A stretch of 45,632 nucleotides of DNA from Campylobacterota bacterium (GCA_013153685.1 JAADDX010000083.1:1-45632); one strand, 5' to 3'. Counted from the first letter of the stretch, positions 1 through 9,658 are shown. A program made the numbers and translations. Notes: generated from the letters alone by a model not told the origin.

Positions 1-1630
1 AATCTCTTAATACATTTCCTGTAACTGAAATTGTATTTAATCCTCTTCTTGTTCTTTTTAGAGTATATCTCATAGCTAATTTTGGTGCCATGATGTGGTA
101 TTCGATCTCTTTTTTAGCTAAATATTCTGGTAAGTAAGTTACTACTTTTTTGATCATATTAGCATCGTGAGCTCTATTGCTATCAAGCCAAAATACGATA
201 GGATCACCAGTAATACTTCCTCTCTCGTGAGCTAATCTAATCCAATCTTTAATAGCTACATCTTTTGCTCTATAAAGTCTCCAAATATCACCTTTTTCAA
301 CTTTATGGCTCATTAAAACTTTTCCATCTTCATCTTTTACTTCCATTAACCCATCTTCACTTACTCTAAAAGTAGTTGGATGAGAACCATATTCTTCTGC
401 TTTTTTAGCCATTAATCCCACATTTGATACATGTCCCATAGTTGCTACATCAAATTGCCCATTTCTTTTTGCATCTTCAAGGATTTCATTATACATTAGA
501 GCATAACTTCTATCTGGAATTACTGCAAGAGTTTCTTGTAACTCTCCATCTTTATTCCACATTTTTCCACCTTCTCTAATAACCGGTGGCATAGAAGCAT
601 CGATGATGATATCGTTTGAGAAGTGTAGGTTTGTAATTAGATTATCGCTATCTACCATTGCGATATCTGGATTACCTGCTTTGATAATTCTTTCGATATC
701 AGCTTTGATTTCATCTTTTTTATCTGATTTTTCGATTTTTTTAAGTAAATCACCAATTCCTAAATCCGGATTAACTCCAATTTTTTCAAATTCATCAGCA
801 TATTTTTCAAATAATTCTTTAAAGAATTCTTTTACGGCAATACCAAACATGATAGGATCTGATACTTTCATCATAGTAGCTTTTAAGTGGATTGACCATA
901 AAAGCCCTTTTTCTTTTGCTTCTTCGATAGTTTTTGCTAAAAAGCTTGCTAATTTTTTTGCACTCATAAATGATGATGATACAACTTCACCTGCTTCAAC
1001 ATCAGTAAGTTCTTTTAATACTTTCCCATTAAGCTCAATAGTAAGTTTTGTTGGTTTTTCAATAATTACTGATTGTTCGTTTTCATAGAAATCACCCTCA
1101 TCCATATAAGCAACTTTTGCTTGGCAATTTTCATCGAATGGTTTTAATCTATGAGGATTTTTTTGTGCGTATTTTTTTACTACGTCTGCAGCTCTTCTAT
1201 CAGAGTTTCCTTCTCTTAATACTGGATTAACCGCACTTCCTAGGCAAGTAGCATATCTTGCTGCGATCTCTTTTTCTTCGTCTGTTTTTGGCTCTTCTGG
1301 ATAATCTGGTAATGGATATCCTTTTGATTGTAATTCTGCGATAGTCTCTTTAAGCTGTGGAACTGATGCTGAAATATTTGGTAATTTGATGATATTACCT
1401 TCTGGTTTTTTAACTAATTCACCAAGATAAGCTAATTCATCCGCTATTCTTAATTCTTCTGGTAACATGTCGCTAAAAGCTGCGATAACTCTTCCTGATA
1501 ATGAAATATCTCTCTCCTCTACATTCACACCTACTTTATCTGCAAATTTTTGCACAATAGGTAATAATGAATATGTAGCTAAAGCTGGAGCTTCGTCAAT
1601 TTTTGTCCATACGATAGTTGCTTTACTCAT
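1..1630 (-). CDS. icd: Monomeric NADP-dependent isocitrate dehydrogenase (partial; 3' end runs off the left edge)
   Basis: Not in ORF track. Manual minus-strand translation from ATG 1630 (AAAGGA RBS) gives [29 protein letters not shown]...[15 protein letters not shown]...[17 protein letters not shown], diagnostic of monomeric IDH. Confidence 0.96.
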   Translation of the reverse strand, partial: MSKATIVWTKIDEAPALATYSLLPIVQKFADKVGVNVEERDISLSGRVIAAFSDMLPEELRIADELAYLGELVKKPEGNIIKLPNISASVPQLKETIAELQSKGYPLPDYPEEPKTDEEKEIAARYATCLGSAVNPVLREGNSDRRAADVVKKYAQKNPHRLKPFDENCQAKVAYMDEGDFYENEQSVIIEKPTKLTIELNGKVLKELTDVEAGEVVSSSFMSAKKLASFLAKTIEEAKEKGLLWSIHLKATMMKVSDPIMFGIAVKEFFKELFEKYADEFEKIGVNPDLGIGDLLKKIEKSDKKDEIKADIERIIKAGNPDIAMVDSDNLITNLHFSNDIIIDASMPPVIREGGKMWNKDGELQETLAVIPDRSYALMYNEILEDAKRNGQFDVATMGHVSNVGLMAKKAEEYGSHPTTFRVSEDGLMEVKDEDGKVLMSHKVEKGDIWRLYRAKDVAIKDWIRLAHERGSITGDPIVFWLDSNRAHDANMIKKVVTYLPEYLAKKEIEYHIMAPKLAMRYTLKRTRRGLNTISVTGNVLRD

Positions 1631-1665
1631 CGTTCATGTCCTTTATTATAATTTTTTGTCACCGA

Positions 1666-1674
1666 ATTGTAACA
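1666..1674 (-). promoter_or_regulatory. Putative extended -10 (TGtTACAAT) for icd, inside palindrome AATTGT-A-ACAATT (1665-1677)
   Basis: Reverse complement of attgtaaca, about 35 nt upstream of the icd start. Confidence 0.45.
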
Positions 1675-1734
1675 ATTAATTTATTTTTTTGGTTTTTATT
1701 TGGCAAAAACAGCAAAAAATTAATTAAAAATGTT

Positions 1735-2616
1735 TCATTTTTTCACATTTTTTAGATGTTGTTTGTAAGTAGTGCTAAATACATGTTTATTACCTACTTT
1801 TACGAAGTATAAATAATTGGTTTTAGCTGGAAATATAGCTGCCAAAATAGCATCCAAACTCGCAACGCAAATAGGCTTTGGAGGTAAGCCAAAATATTTA
1901 TAAGTATTAAAATGTGACGTATCGTGCTTAATCATATAAGGTGTGACTTTGGTGTGTGAAAATTGACCATAATTAAGCGTCCCATCCATCTGCAATCGCA
2001 TGTGGCGTTTGAGTCTATTGTAAATAACGCTACTAATCAACTTCATATCGTATTTATTTTTGGCTTCTTTTTGGATAATTGAAGCTATAATTAAATAATG
2101 ATAATACTTATCAAAATTCCACATTCCAAAAATCTTATTGGAGATTGCTTTGTGTCTTTTAAGAGAGATGTTATATAAGTAACTACACAATCTTTGTTTG
2201 CTAAATCCATACGGGATATAATACGTATCGGCATATAAAAACCCAGTAGGAATAGCACACGTTAAATCTCTAAAATGCATTGTTTTAGCAATCTTTTTGT
2301 AGATGAAATAATCAGTCTCCCCAGGGATAATCGTAATTTTTTTAAGAGCGGCTTTTGAGTGAGTAAGCTTGTATAGAAGATCCAATTTTGTCAGTGTGGT
2401 AGATTTGAGATCTATCCAGCCACTTTGGACATTTCCGAGTATGTAAAGGATATATTTATCTAGATTCACAATATCCACGTTTTGATGTTGAAGTGATGTA
2501 ATTACTTGAGTGAGATTGACCTTTGGAATATATACGATCCTCCTTACATGCACCGGCTGTGCCAAATAAAAGGTGATAAATATTGCAAAAACCAAAATAA
2601 CACTTATAATCCTCAC
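1735..2616 (-). CDS. mltG: Endolytic peptidoglycan transglycosylase MltG (YceG family)
   Basis: N-terminal TM; IASIIQKEA, VIYNRLK..MRLQMDGT..YG, FNTYKYFGLPPKPI and YLYFV motifs. Confidence 0.93.
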   Translation of the reverse strand: MRIISVILVFAIFITFYLAQPVHVRRIVYIPKVNLTQVITSLQHQNVDIVNLDKYILYILGNVQSGWIDLKSTTLTKLDLLYKLTHSKAALKKITIIPGETDYFIYKKIAKTMHFRDLTCAIPTGFLYADTYYIPYGFSKQRLCSYLYNISLKRHKAISNKIFGMWNFDKYYHYLIIASIIQKEAKNKYDMKLISSVIYNRLKRHMRLQMDGTLNYGQFSHTKVTPYMIKHDTSHFNTYKYFGLPPKPICVASLDAILAAIFPAKTNYLYFVKVGNKHVFSTTYKQHLKNVKK

Positions 2617-2643
2617 TACAAACCCCTAAAAGGAAAGAACCTT

Positions 2644-3138
2644 TTAGTGATGACATCCACAACTATTGCAGCTACCGTCGTTGCATCCACCGCCAACAGT
2701 CCCGCTTAATACTTCATCAGCTGTTGCTTCTCTTTTGTTGAGTAATTTAATATCAAATACCAAATCTTCCCCAGCTAATGGATGATTATAATCGATTGTA
2801 ACTTCTTTATCGTTAAAGTCTTTTACCGTTACTGCAATTGTCTGACCATCTGGTCCTTGACCATAAAGAGTCATCCCTTTTTGCAATTCAATTCCTTCGA
2901 ATTGTTCAATAGGTAATGTTTGTAATAAATCTTCTCTATATTCCCCATAAGCATCTTTGCTTGCTACTTCTACTGTCTTTTCTTCACCTACTTCCATCTC
3001 TTCTACCGCTTTTTCAAAAGCTGGAATCATCTGTTCTTTATTGCTGATAAATTCCAAAGGAGCTTGTCCTACATTACTATCTAAAACTTCTCCATCTTTA
3101 TTTTTTACGGTGTATTCCACGCTATATACATTGTTCAT
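2644..3138 (-). CDS. slyD: FKBP-type peptidyl-prolyl isomerase / metallochaperone SlyD
   Basis: APLEFI, DAYGE, IDYNHPLAGEDLVFDI motifs; Cys/His tail GGGCNDGSCNSCGCHH. Confidence 0.95.
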   Translation of the reverse strand: MNNVYSVEYTVKNKDGEVLDSNVGQAPLEFISNKEQMIPAFEKAVEEMEVGEEKTVEVASKDAYGEYREDLLQTLPIEQFEGIELQKGMTLYGQGPDGQTIAVTVKDFNDKEVTIDYNHPLAGEDLVFDIKLLNKREATADEVLSGTVGGGCNDGSCNSCGCHH

Positions 3139-3384
3139 GTTGTATCCTTTTTGTTGTGTATCTTAACCAACTAGAATGATATCAAAATATTAAATTTTTA
3201 GCAAATAAAAACCAAAATAAAAAGATATCAAACCATACGGCCTAAAAAAGAGTAATTAAACTTTACCAAAATCAATTAGGACATAGTAAAGCTTGTGCAG
3301 TTCTTAGATTAGCAAGATATAAAACTTGCAAAAGAGTTAAAAATGATATATAATATAACTTACAAAACACTAAAGGAGTGTCGT

Positions 3385-3660
3385 ATGATGACTACTAATA
3401 TAAATTCTATGCAAGCACATCAAACATTAATGAACATTAACGCCAACAACATCGCCAATGTTAATACTCAAGATTTTAACGCTAGTCAAGGAAATATAAA
3501 CGATAATTTAGAAGTATCAAGTACTAATACCAACAATCCAACATCACTTACTAAAGAGATTCCTAATCAAATCGTAATAGAAGACGGATTTGAAGCACAA
3601 ACAGTTGCTATTAAAACACAAGATGAGATGGATGGGAGCGTATTGGATCTAAAGGCATGA
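3385..3660 (+). CDS. Small flagellar basal-body rod/hook-like protein (N- and C-terminal motifs only)
   Basis: AAGGAG RBS favours ATG 3385 over 3343. ANNIANVNT is the axial rod/hook N-terminal signature; C-terminus AIKTQDEMDGSVLDLKA resembles the rod C-terminal helix. Confidence 0.7.
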   Translation: MMTTNINSMQAHQTLMNINANNIANVNTQDFNASQGNINDNLEVSSTNTNNPTSLTKEIPNQIVIEDGFEAQTVAIKTQDEMDGSVLDLKA

Positions 3661-4127
3661 ATAAAGCTGTCTTTTTAGATAGGGATGGAGTAATTAACGA
3701 AGATTTCGGATATGTGTATAAAAAAGAAGACTTCGTATTTAAAGAGGGGATTTTTGAATTGCTTCGACATTTCCAAAGCCAAGGTTATAAACTCTTTATT
3801 ATCACCAATCAATCAGGCATAGCACGAGGCTATTATACTACTGAGGATTTTTGGGAACTTATGGAGTGGGTAAAAGATAAATTTAGCAAAGAAGGTATTA
3901 CAATAGATGATATAGCGTTTTGCCCATGTCATCCCGAGTTTACATCCACATGCGAATGTCGCAAACCAAATCCCAAGATGATTTTGGATCTGGCAAGGAA
4001 ATATGATATCAACTTGAGCCAATCTATCTTGATTGGGGATAAACAAAGCGATATACAAGCCGCCAAAAACGCTGGAATTACCAAGACTTACTTAATCAAA
4101 GACAAATTGGACGGGATTATAAAATAA
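3657..4127 (+). CDS. gmhB: D-glycero-D-manno-heptose 1,7-bisphosphate phosphatase
   Basis: HAD motif FLDRDGVIN, TNQSGIARG, Zn motif CPCHP...CECRKP, IGDKQSDI. Confidence 0.93.
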   Translation: MNKAVFLDRDGVINEDFGYVYKKEDFVFKEGIFELLRHFQSQGYKLFIITNQSGIARGYYTTEDFWELMEWVKDKFSKEGITIDDIAFCPCHPEFTSTCECRKPNPKMILDLARKYDINLSQSILIGDKQSDIQAAKNAGITKTYLIKDKLDGIIK

Positions 4128-4148
4128 CTACTATTTTTGGATAATTTT

Positions 4149-4157
4149 TGATATAAT
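4149..4157 (+). promoter_or_regulatory. Extended -10 promoter (TGaTATAAT) for yidC
   Basis: Exact TGnTATAAT about 40 nt upstream of the AAAGGA-preceded ATG. Confidence 0.6.
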
Positions 4158-4195
4158 GCTACTTTTGATTCACAACCTCACACAAAAGGACAACA

Positions 4196-5755
4196 ATGCA
4201 AGACACACAGATGAGTAGAAGGATTTTTATTGCTACGTTTATATCATTTTTGGTATTTATGGCATATGATTATTTAGTAGTCCAACCACAACTAGCCAAA
4301 CAAGCATCCACAAATACCACCATCCATACCAAACAAACTACCACCGATACGACATCTCAAACTACCGATATAAAAAGTGTTGATTCATTGCAAAATAAAG
4401 TCATAACCACGATAGAATCGGATGCGTTTAAGATACAAATAGATAATTTAGGTAGAATATCAGATTACATTTTAGAAAAAAACATCTTTAACGATTCTAA
4501 GGGTAAAAAACTACATATCTTAAGCAAAGAATTACCAAAAGTTCTAGAGATTAGATTCAAAAACGAAGCTCTAAATAAAGAAGCGTTTAATACGCCAGTA
4601 AGTGCTGATAAAACGTCAATCATCATCAAAGACAAACCACAAACTCTCACACTTACCCAACATCTAAAAACCCTAACTATCACCAAAGTAATCACATTTT
4701 ACCCAGACGGGCACTACGATCTCAAACTCAACTTATCAAAACCGGCTAAATATTTCCTCGCAGTAGGGAGAGTAAATGCCAATGTTAACATGTATGCTTT
4801 TCATGGTGCACTACTTGTAAATGACGATGATAGCTTGGAGATGATAGATGATGGAGAAGGTGAAGTAAAAACATTTACCAACATCAAAATAGCCGCAAAC
4901 GTAGATCAATATTATACTACGTTTTTATACAACCTCAAAAACAAAATGACAGTATATGAAACCATAGATAATCTCAAAAATCAAAATCCTTTATTATTCA
5001 TACAAGGAGACCAAAACCTAGACCTACACGGATATATAGGTCCAAAATACGTAAAAGTACTAGAAAATATCAATCCTACCTTAACCAAAGTAGTAGAATA
5101 TGGTATCATGACATTTATGGCTAAGCCAATGTTTTATGTATTAAATAGATTTTATGAGATGACTGGCAATTGGGGTGTGGCGATTATTTTATTTGTTGTG
5201 CTTGTGAGAATCTTGTTATTTCCATTAACATACAGAGGAATGGTGAGTATGTATAAGATGAAACTCATCGCTCCAAAACTACAAGAGCTCAAAGTCAAAT
5301 ATGCCAAAGATCCTAAAAAATTCCAAATCAAAACAATGGAACTTTACAGACGAGAAAATGTCAATCCACTTGGTGGATGCTTGCCGTTGCTAATCCAAAT
5401 CCCTATCTTCTTCTCTATTTATAGGGTATTGGTAAATGCGATCGAGCTTAAGGGAGCATCGTTTTTATGGATTCATGACCTAAGTAGCATGGATCCTTAT
5501 TTTATCTTACCTGTTTTGATGGGTGTGACTATGTATGCTCATCAGATGATTACACCAAACAACTTTACAGACCCTATGCAAGAGAAAATATTCAAATTCT
5601 TACCGGTGATTTTCACATTTTTCATGGCAACGTTCTCAGCTGGACTTGTGTTGTATTGGACTGTAAACAACATCTTATCTTTCATCCAACAATACATCAT
5701 AAACAAAAGCATGGAAGCAAAAGGACTAATGGATAAAAACCACAAGAGAAAATAG
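4196..5755 (+). CDS. yidC: Membrane protein insertase YidC
   Basis: N-terminal TM, periplasmic domain, GNWGVAII, NPLGGCLPLLIQIPIFF, WIHDLS..DPYFILP, GLVLYW. Confidence 0.96.
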   Translation: MQDTQMSRRIFIATFISFLVFMAYDYLVVQPQLAKQASTNTTIHTKQTTTDTTSQTTDIKSVDSLQNKVITTIESDAFKIQIDNLGRISDYILEKNIFNDSKGKKLHILSKELPKVLEIRFKNEALNKEAFNTPVSADKTSIIIKDKPQTLTLTQHLKTLTITKVITFYPDGHYDLKLNLSKPAKYFLAVGRVNANVNMYAFHGALLVNDDDSLEMIDDGEGEVKTFTNIKIAANVDQYYTTFLYNLKNKMTVYETIDNLKNQNPLLFIQGDQNLDLHGYIGPKYVKVLENINPTLTKVVEYGIMTFMAKPMFYVLNRFYEMTGNWGVAIILFVVLVRILLFPLTYRGMVSMYKMKLIAPKLQELKVKYAKDPKKFQIKTMELYRRENVNPLGGCLPLLIQIPIFFSIYRVLVNAIELKGASFLWIHDLSSMDPYFILPVLMGVTMYAHQMITPNNFTDPMQEKIFKFLPVIFTFFMATFSAGLVLYWTVNNILSFIQQYIINKSMEAKGLMDKNHKRK

Positions 5756-6715
5756 ATGCTTGGCAGTTTTAGATTCTTATTGGCATGGATAGTGATGCTA
5801 TCACATCTGCCATTTGCTCCTTTTAGCAAAGCATTCAATCCCGCAGTTAGCGGGGTGGTGATGTTTTATTTTATTAGTGGATTTTTAATGTATCATAGTT
5901 TCAATAGTGCCAAATCTATCCTTAAATTCTACAAAAAAAGATTTTTTCGTTTGTATCCTGTGTATTTTATCGTATTAACACTTACCATATTGGCAATAAC
6001 CTTATGGCACAATCCTACCATACCTCTTCTTAATCAACACCTAGATATTACTAAGCTTATACTAAATTACCTCTTAGTATTTAACAATTACGTATTTGCA
6101 CCATTTACGATACATACGTTATTGCCTCATCCACTAATCCCTCCTACATGGTCGTTATCTACTGAGATTCATTTTTATATTTTGGTGCCGTTTTTGTTTG
6201 GGTTGCTACAGAGCAGATCTAGACTGTTTTATGTTATCTTTTTAGGTTCTATGATTTTTGAGTTTGTTGCGTTTGCATATACAAAACCTACATTTAATTC
6301 CGATATATTTGGATATAGATATATCTTTGGGGTATTGTGGATTTTTATGTTTGGATTTTTGTTTGGGCATGATAGGCACTCTAAGTTTATCAAGTTTGTA
6401 TATGTTTGTATTGTTGTATATTTTATGTTTGTTGGATTTTATTTTACCAATCACGCTTATGTGAAGGAAATTTTATTAGCATTGCTATTTTTACCATTGA
6501 TACTTGTAATAAAAGATATGAATTTCAAATACGATAAATTACTAGGAAGCTTGTCATACCCTATTTTCATATCGCATTTTTTTGTATTTTATGTGGTATC
6601 TTACTTTACGCACAATAAAATATTGTTTTTTGCAGGAGTGTTTATAGGAGTCTTGGGTATATCTATAATACTTGCAAAAATACAAAATACAATATACCAA
6701 AAAGGAAAACAATGA
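5756..6715 (+). CDS. Acyltransferase family 3 (OafA/YrhL-like) membrane O-acyltransferase
   Basis: R..LA..V..SH, FYFISGFLM, FYKKRFFRLYP, TWSLSTEIHFY, LG.LSYPIFISH; multiple TM segments. Confidence 0.88.
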   Translation: MLGSFRFLLAWIVMLSHLPFAPFSKAFNPAVSGVVMFYFISGFLMYHSFNSAKSILKFYKKRFFRLYPVYFIVLTLTILAITLWHNPTIPLLNQHLDITKLILNYLLVFNNYVFAPFTIHTLLPHPLIPPTWSLSTEIHFYILVPFLFGLLQSRSRLFYVIFLGSMIFEFVAFAYTKPTFNSDIFGYRYIFGVLWIFMFGFLFGHDRHSKFIKFVYVCIVVYFMFVGFYFTNHAYVKEILLALLFLPLILVIKDMNFKYDKLLGSLSYPIFISHFFVFYVVSYFTHNKILFFAGVFIGVLGISIILAKIQNTIYQKGKQ

Positions 6716-7536
6716 AATTTCAAAAAATTGAATTCTTAAAACAAGCATTAAAAGAGGATATAGGACGAGGTGATTTAGCAAGAGATGTATTACCATCAAC
6801 CAAAGCTACAGCACACATTATAGCCAAAGATAACGGTATTTTAAGCGGTGTAGAATATCTAAGATATATCGATGAACTAGCTGAGCTTAAGATAGAGTGG
6901 TTCAAACAAGATAGAGATAAAATCTCAAATCAAGACATAATCTGTAGCATTAGCGGAAATAGTAAGGATTTGTTGAGTTGTGAGAGAGTGATATTAAATA
7001 TCTTACAACACTCAAGCGGTATTGCGACTAACGCACACAAATTCGCCAAACTAGCAAAAGGCAAAATCCACATCCTAGATACACGCAAAACACGACCGCT
7101 ACTTAGGACATTTGAGAAATATTCCGCAAAAGTCGGAGGTATCACCAACCATAGATTGGGGCTTGATGATTGTCTGATGCTAAAAGATACTCACTTAGCA
7201 CTCTTTAAGAGTATATCACAAGCCATCGCACATGCAAGAGCAGAAATCCCATGGACTACCAAAATCGAAGTCGAATGTGAAACGTTTGAGATGGCAAAAG
7301 AAGCTATGAAGTGTGGTGTGGAGATAGTGATGTGTGATAATATGACACATAAAGAAATCAAAAAAGTTGTCAAATATAGAAACGAACACTACCCACAAAC
7401 ACTAATAGAAGTAAGCGGAAATATTACATTAGAAAACATCCAAAAATACATATCACTAGGAATCGATGCAATTAGTAGCGGTAGTATCATCCATCAAGCG
7501 GTGTTCCTAGACTTCTCAATGAAAATCAAAACATAA
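6712..7536 (+). CDS. nadC: Quinolinate phosphoribosyltransferase (decarboxylating)
   Basis: EDIGRGD, LDTRKTRP, NHRLGLDD..MLKDTH, IEVECE, EVSGNI. Confidence 0.96.
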   Translation: MKFQKIEFLKQALKEDIGRGDLARDVLPSTKATAHIIAKDNGILSGVEYLRYIDELAELKIEWFKQDRDKISNQDIICSISGNSKDLLSCERVILNILQHSSGIATNAHKFAKLAKGKIHILDTRKTRPLLRTFEKYSAKVGGITNHRLGLDDCLMLKDTHLALFKSISQAIAHARAEIPWTTKIEVECETFEMAKEAMKCGVEIVMCDNMTHKEIKKVVKYRNEHYPQTLIEVSGNITLENIQKYISLGIDAISSGSIIHQAVFLDFSMKIKT

Positions 7537-7574
7537 CCGCAAAACATAGCAACAAGCTTATGCCGGTTGCGGTT
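7535..7574. terminator. Possible stem-loop at the convergent nadC / K+ channel junction
   Basis: AACCGCAA (7535-7542) pairs with TTGCGGTT (7567-7574); long loop and weak U-tract. Confidence 0.3.
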
Positions 7575-9237
7575 TTGGCAAAGATGTAATTTCCGGTCTA
7601 TCTAATACGTATTCTAATTCATAGATGTTATTAAGGATGTATTCAAAGTCCTCGATCTCCTCTGTGTTAGCCGCGATCAACAATCTATCGCCAATTTGAA
7701 TTTCCGTATCATTAGATGGAATCAATACTTTATTTCTATCTCTCTCTAACAACAAGTATACTATTTTGAGCGTATCTTTTCTGTTGGCTCTTGAGCGTTT
7801 TAATTCACCTAGCGTAATACTCTCACCACTTTGCAATCTTCTATGCAACGCATACGCATGATTTTTATCTATCGTTGTCTCATAATATAGTGGATTATCA
7901 CCGATAATTGTTAGCAACTTAGCTACGATAACTTGTCCTAAATGGTCATTTCTTCTATCTTTTACAGTATTTAAGAAATCATTTACCACCGGTCTTGATA
8001 TGATATTGATAGTATAATCAGACAATACTTTCTCTAAAATATAGATCCTATCCATATGTGCCGCTTCAAAAATCGCCGCATCATCTAGTGAATTTTCTCT
8101 TGCGATAGCATAAATATTTGGATTAATCTCTTTGGCTTTATTTAGCAAAGTTAGATTTAGCATATCATCACTTGTAGCAGCAATAATAGCTTCAAAAGTC
8201 TCTAGCTGGAACTGTTGCAATATTTTCTGATCTTCTTCATCACCAAATACCATACTACCCTTCTCTTCTAAATAATCCTTAGGGTCGATATTATATATCT
8301 CATACTCAATATTCGCTTTTGCTAAAGCATCAGCAATAGCACTTCCCATTCTTCCATGACCGCAAATTAAATATTTCCCTTTTGGCAAGAAATCATGATC
8401 ATCAAAAAACAAACTTTGCCCATACACCCATCTCTCTAGTATATATACATAAGGTGTGACGATGTTGTTGTATATTTGACTTGCTACGATTGTAAATGGG
8501 TTGAGAATATGTTCAATCCCAATTGAGTTGTAATAATTGATGTGATTTTTTGATGTAGCTTTTACTATAATGTCTATATCGTGATTTAACAATCTAGCTA
8601 CGGTGATAGCTTGCATGTTTTTCGCATCTTTGTCAAATAATGAAATAATCCCTTTACAATTTGGCAAATCAATCCCCGCTAACGTTAGTATATTCTCACT
8701 AGTAGGATTTCCTACTATAGATGGCACATAAGGGTAGAAATCTTCTAGATTGAGCTCTTCTATATGCAATGGATTTTCATCTATTACTACAAATCTACTA
8801 TACCCATTGGCTTCTTCGATAATATTTTTGGTTACTTTTGTATATTCAAGTATGATATAAAAGTCCTCTTTGAGATTTTTTACTTGTTTTCTAAAACGGT
8901 TGATTTTGATTGCTTTTTGTAACGCTTCATCTTGGATTAGAGATATAATAGCCCCAATAGCATAAAACCATCCTACAACAGACAAATAAATAGCCACACT
9001 CACCCATAATCTTTGAGCATAAGTAAATGTATAAGGAGTCTCACCAAATCCAATAGTAGTAGCCATATAACTAACAAAATAAAACGCATCAAAAAAATTC
9101 AAATGATATACATGTCCATGATTATCAACCCCAGGGACCATAATCATCCCTATGATAGAGATTGAAAAGGTGATGAGTATTACTAAAAACGGAACCCGAA
9201 GTTTTTTTAGAACAATCCAGACTAATTGGTCATTCAT
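7558..9237 (-). CDS. Potassium channel protein (2TM pore plus tandem RCK/TrkA-N domains)
   Basis: FFDAFYFVSYMATTIGFGE pore signature; Rossmann-like GHGRMG in the second RCK domain; C-terminal GDRLLIAA. Confidence 0.88.
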   Translation of the reverse strand: MNDQLVWIVLKKLRVPFLVILITFSISIIGMIMVPGVDNHGHVYHLNFFDAFYFVSYMATTIGFGETPYTFTYAQRLWVSVAIYLSVVGWFYAIGAIISLIQDEALQKAIKINRFRKQVKNLKEDFYIILEYTKVTKNIIEEANGYSRFVVIDENPLHIEELNLEDFYPYVPSIVGNPTSENILTLAGIDLPNCKGIISLFDKDAKNMQAITVARLLNHDIDIIVKATSKNHINYYNSIGIEHILNPFTIVASQIYNNIVTPYVYILERWVYGQSLFFDDHDFLPKGKYLICGHGRMGSAIADALAKANIEYEIYNIDPKDYLEEKGSMVFGDEEDQKILQQFQLETFEAIIAATSDDMLNLTLLNKAKEINPNIYAIARENSLDDAAIFEAAHMDRIYILEKVLSDYTINIISRPVVNDFLNTVKDRRNDHLGQVIVAKLLTIIGDNPLYYETTIDKNHAYALHRRLQSGESITLGELKRSRANRKDTLKIVYLLLERDRNKVLIPSNDTEIQIGDRLLIAANTEEIEDFEYILNNIYELEYVLDRPEITSLPKPQPA

Positions 9238-9240
9238 TGC

Positions 9241-9621
9241 TTATCTTTTTGATTTGATAGTATCAGCTATAAACAAGATCACAGATACCATATTCGCAAG
9301 CAATGCTCCACCAGATAAGGAAATAATAGTAGCCGCAGTTGTGACATTAAAATCACTCACACCATACAAAGCAACTCCCCATACCACAGCCGCACTTAAA
9401 AGTTGCAAATCAGCTACCAAACTTGTAGATAATAACACTGCTCCTAGCTGAGTCTTATCACCGAGCTTCAAAGAAGTCGCGATTAAATTGACAATAATTG
9501 CAGCAAACAATTCATATTGGCTATGCTGTTGGATATTGGTCAAATCTCCATAAAAAAATCCAAAATTCAACGTCATAGCCAAAATGAAAAAAAATCCACT
9601 AACGATTTTATACACGTTCAT
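9241..9621 (-). CDS. Small multi-TM membrane protein (resembles DUF6394 family)
   Basis: Hydrophobic 126 aa with GFFFILAMTLNFGFFYG and LVADLQL; ends 3 nt before the channel start. Confidence 0.75.
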   Translation of the reverse strand: MNVYKIVSGFFFILAMTLNFGFFYGDLTNIQQHSQYELFAAIIVNLIATSLKLGDKTQLGAVLLSTSLVADLQLLSAAVVWGVALYGVSDFNVTTAATIISLSGGALLANMVSVILFIADTIKSKR

Positions 9622-9649
9622 ATTTACGCCCCTTAATTTGATTTAGAGA

Positions 9650-9658
9650 ATTATATCA
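9650..9658 (-). promoter_or_regulatory. Extended -10 (TGaTATAAT) for the small membrane protein / K+ channel operon
   Basis: Reverse complement of attatatca, about 30 nt upstream of start 9621. Confidence 0.6.

Noticed and set aside
603-1679. Plus-strand ORFs 603-1088 and 1467-1679
   Set aside because: Antisense shadows of icd, which the track missed because it lacks a stop inside the window.
3277-3332. Possible sigma54 site (GG-N10-GC at 3279-3292) and small inverted repeat GCAAG/CTTGC upstream of the mini-rod gene
   Set aside because: Only the dinucleotides match; the TGGCAC/TTGC context is missing and the arms are only 5 bp.
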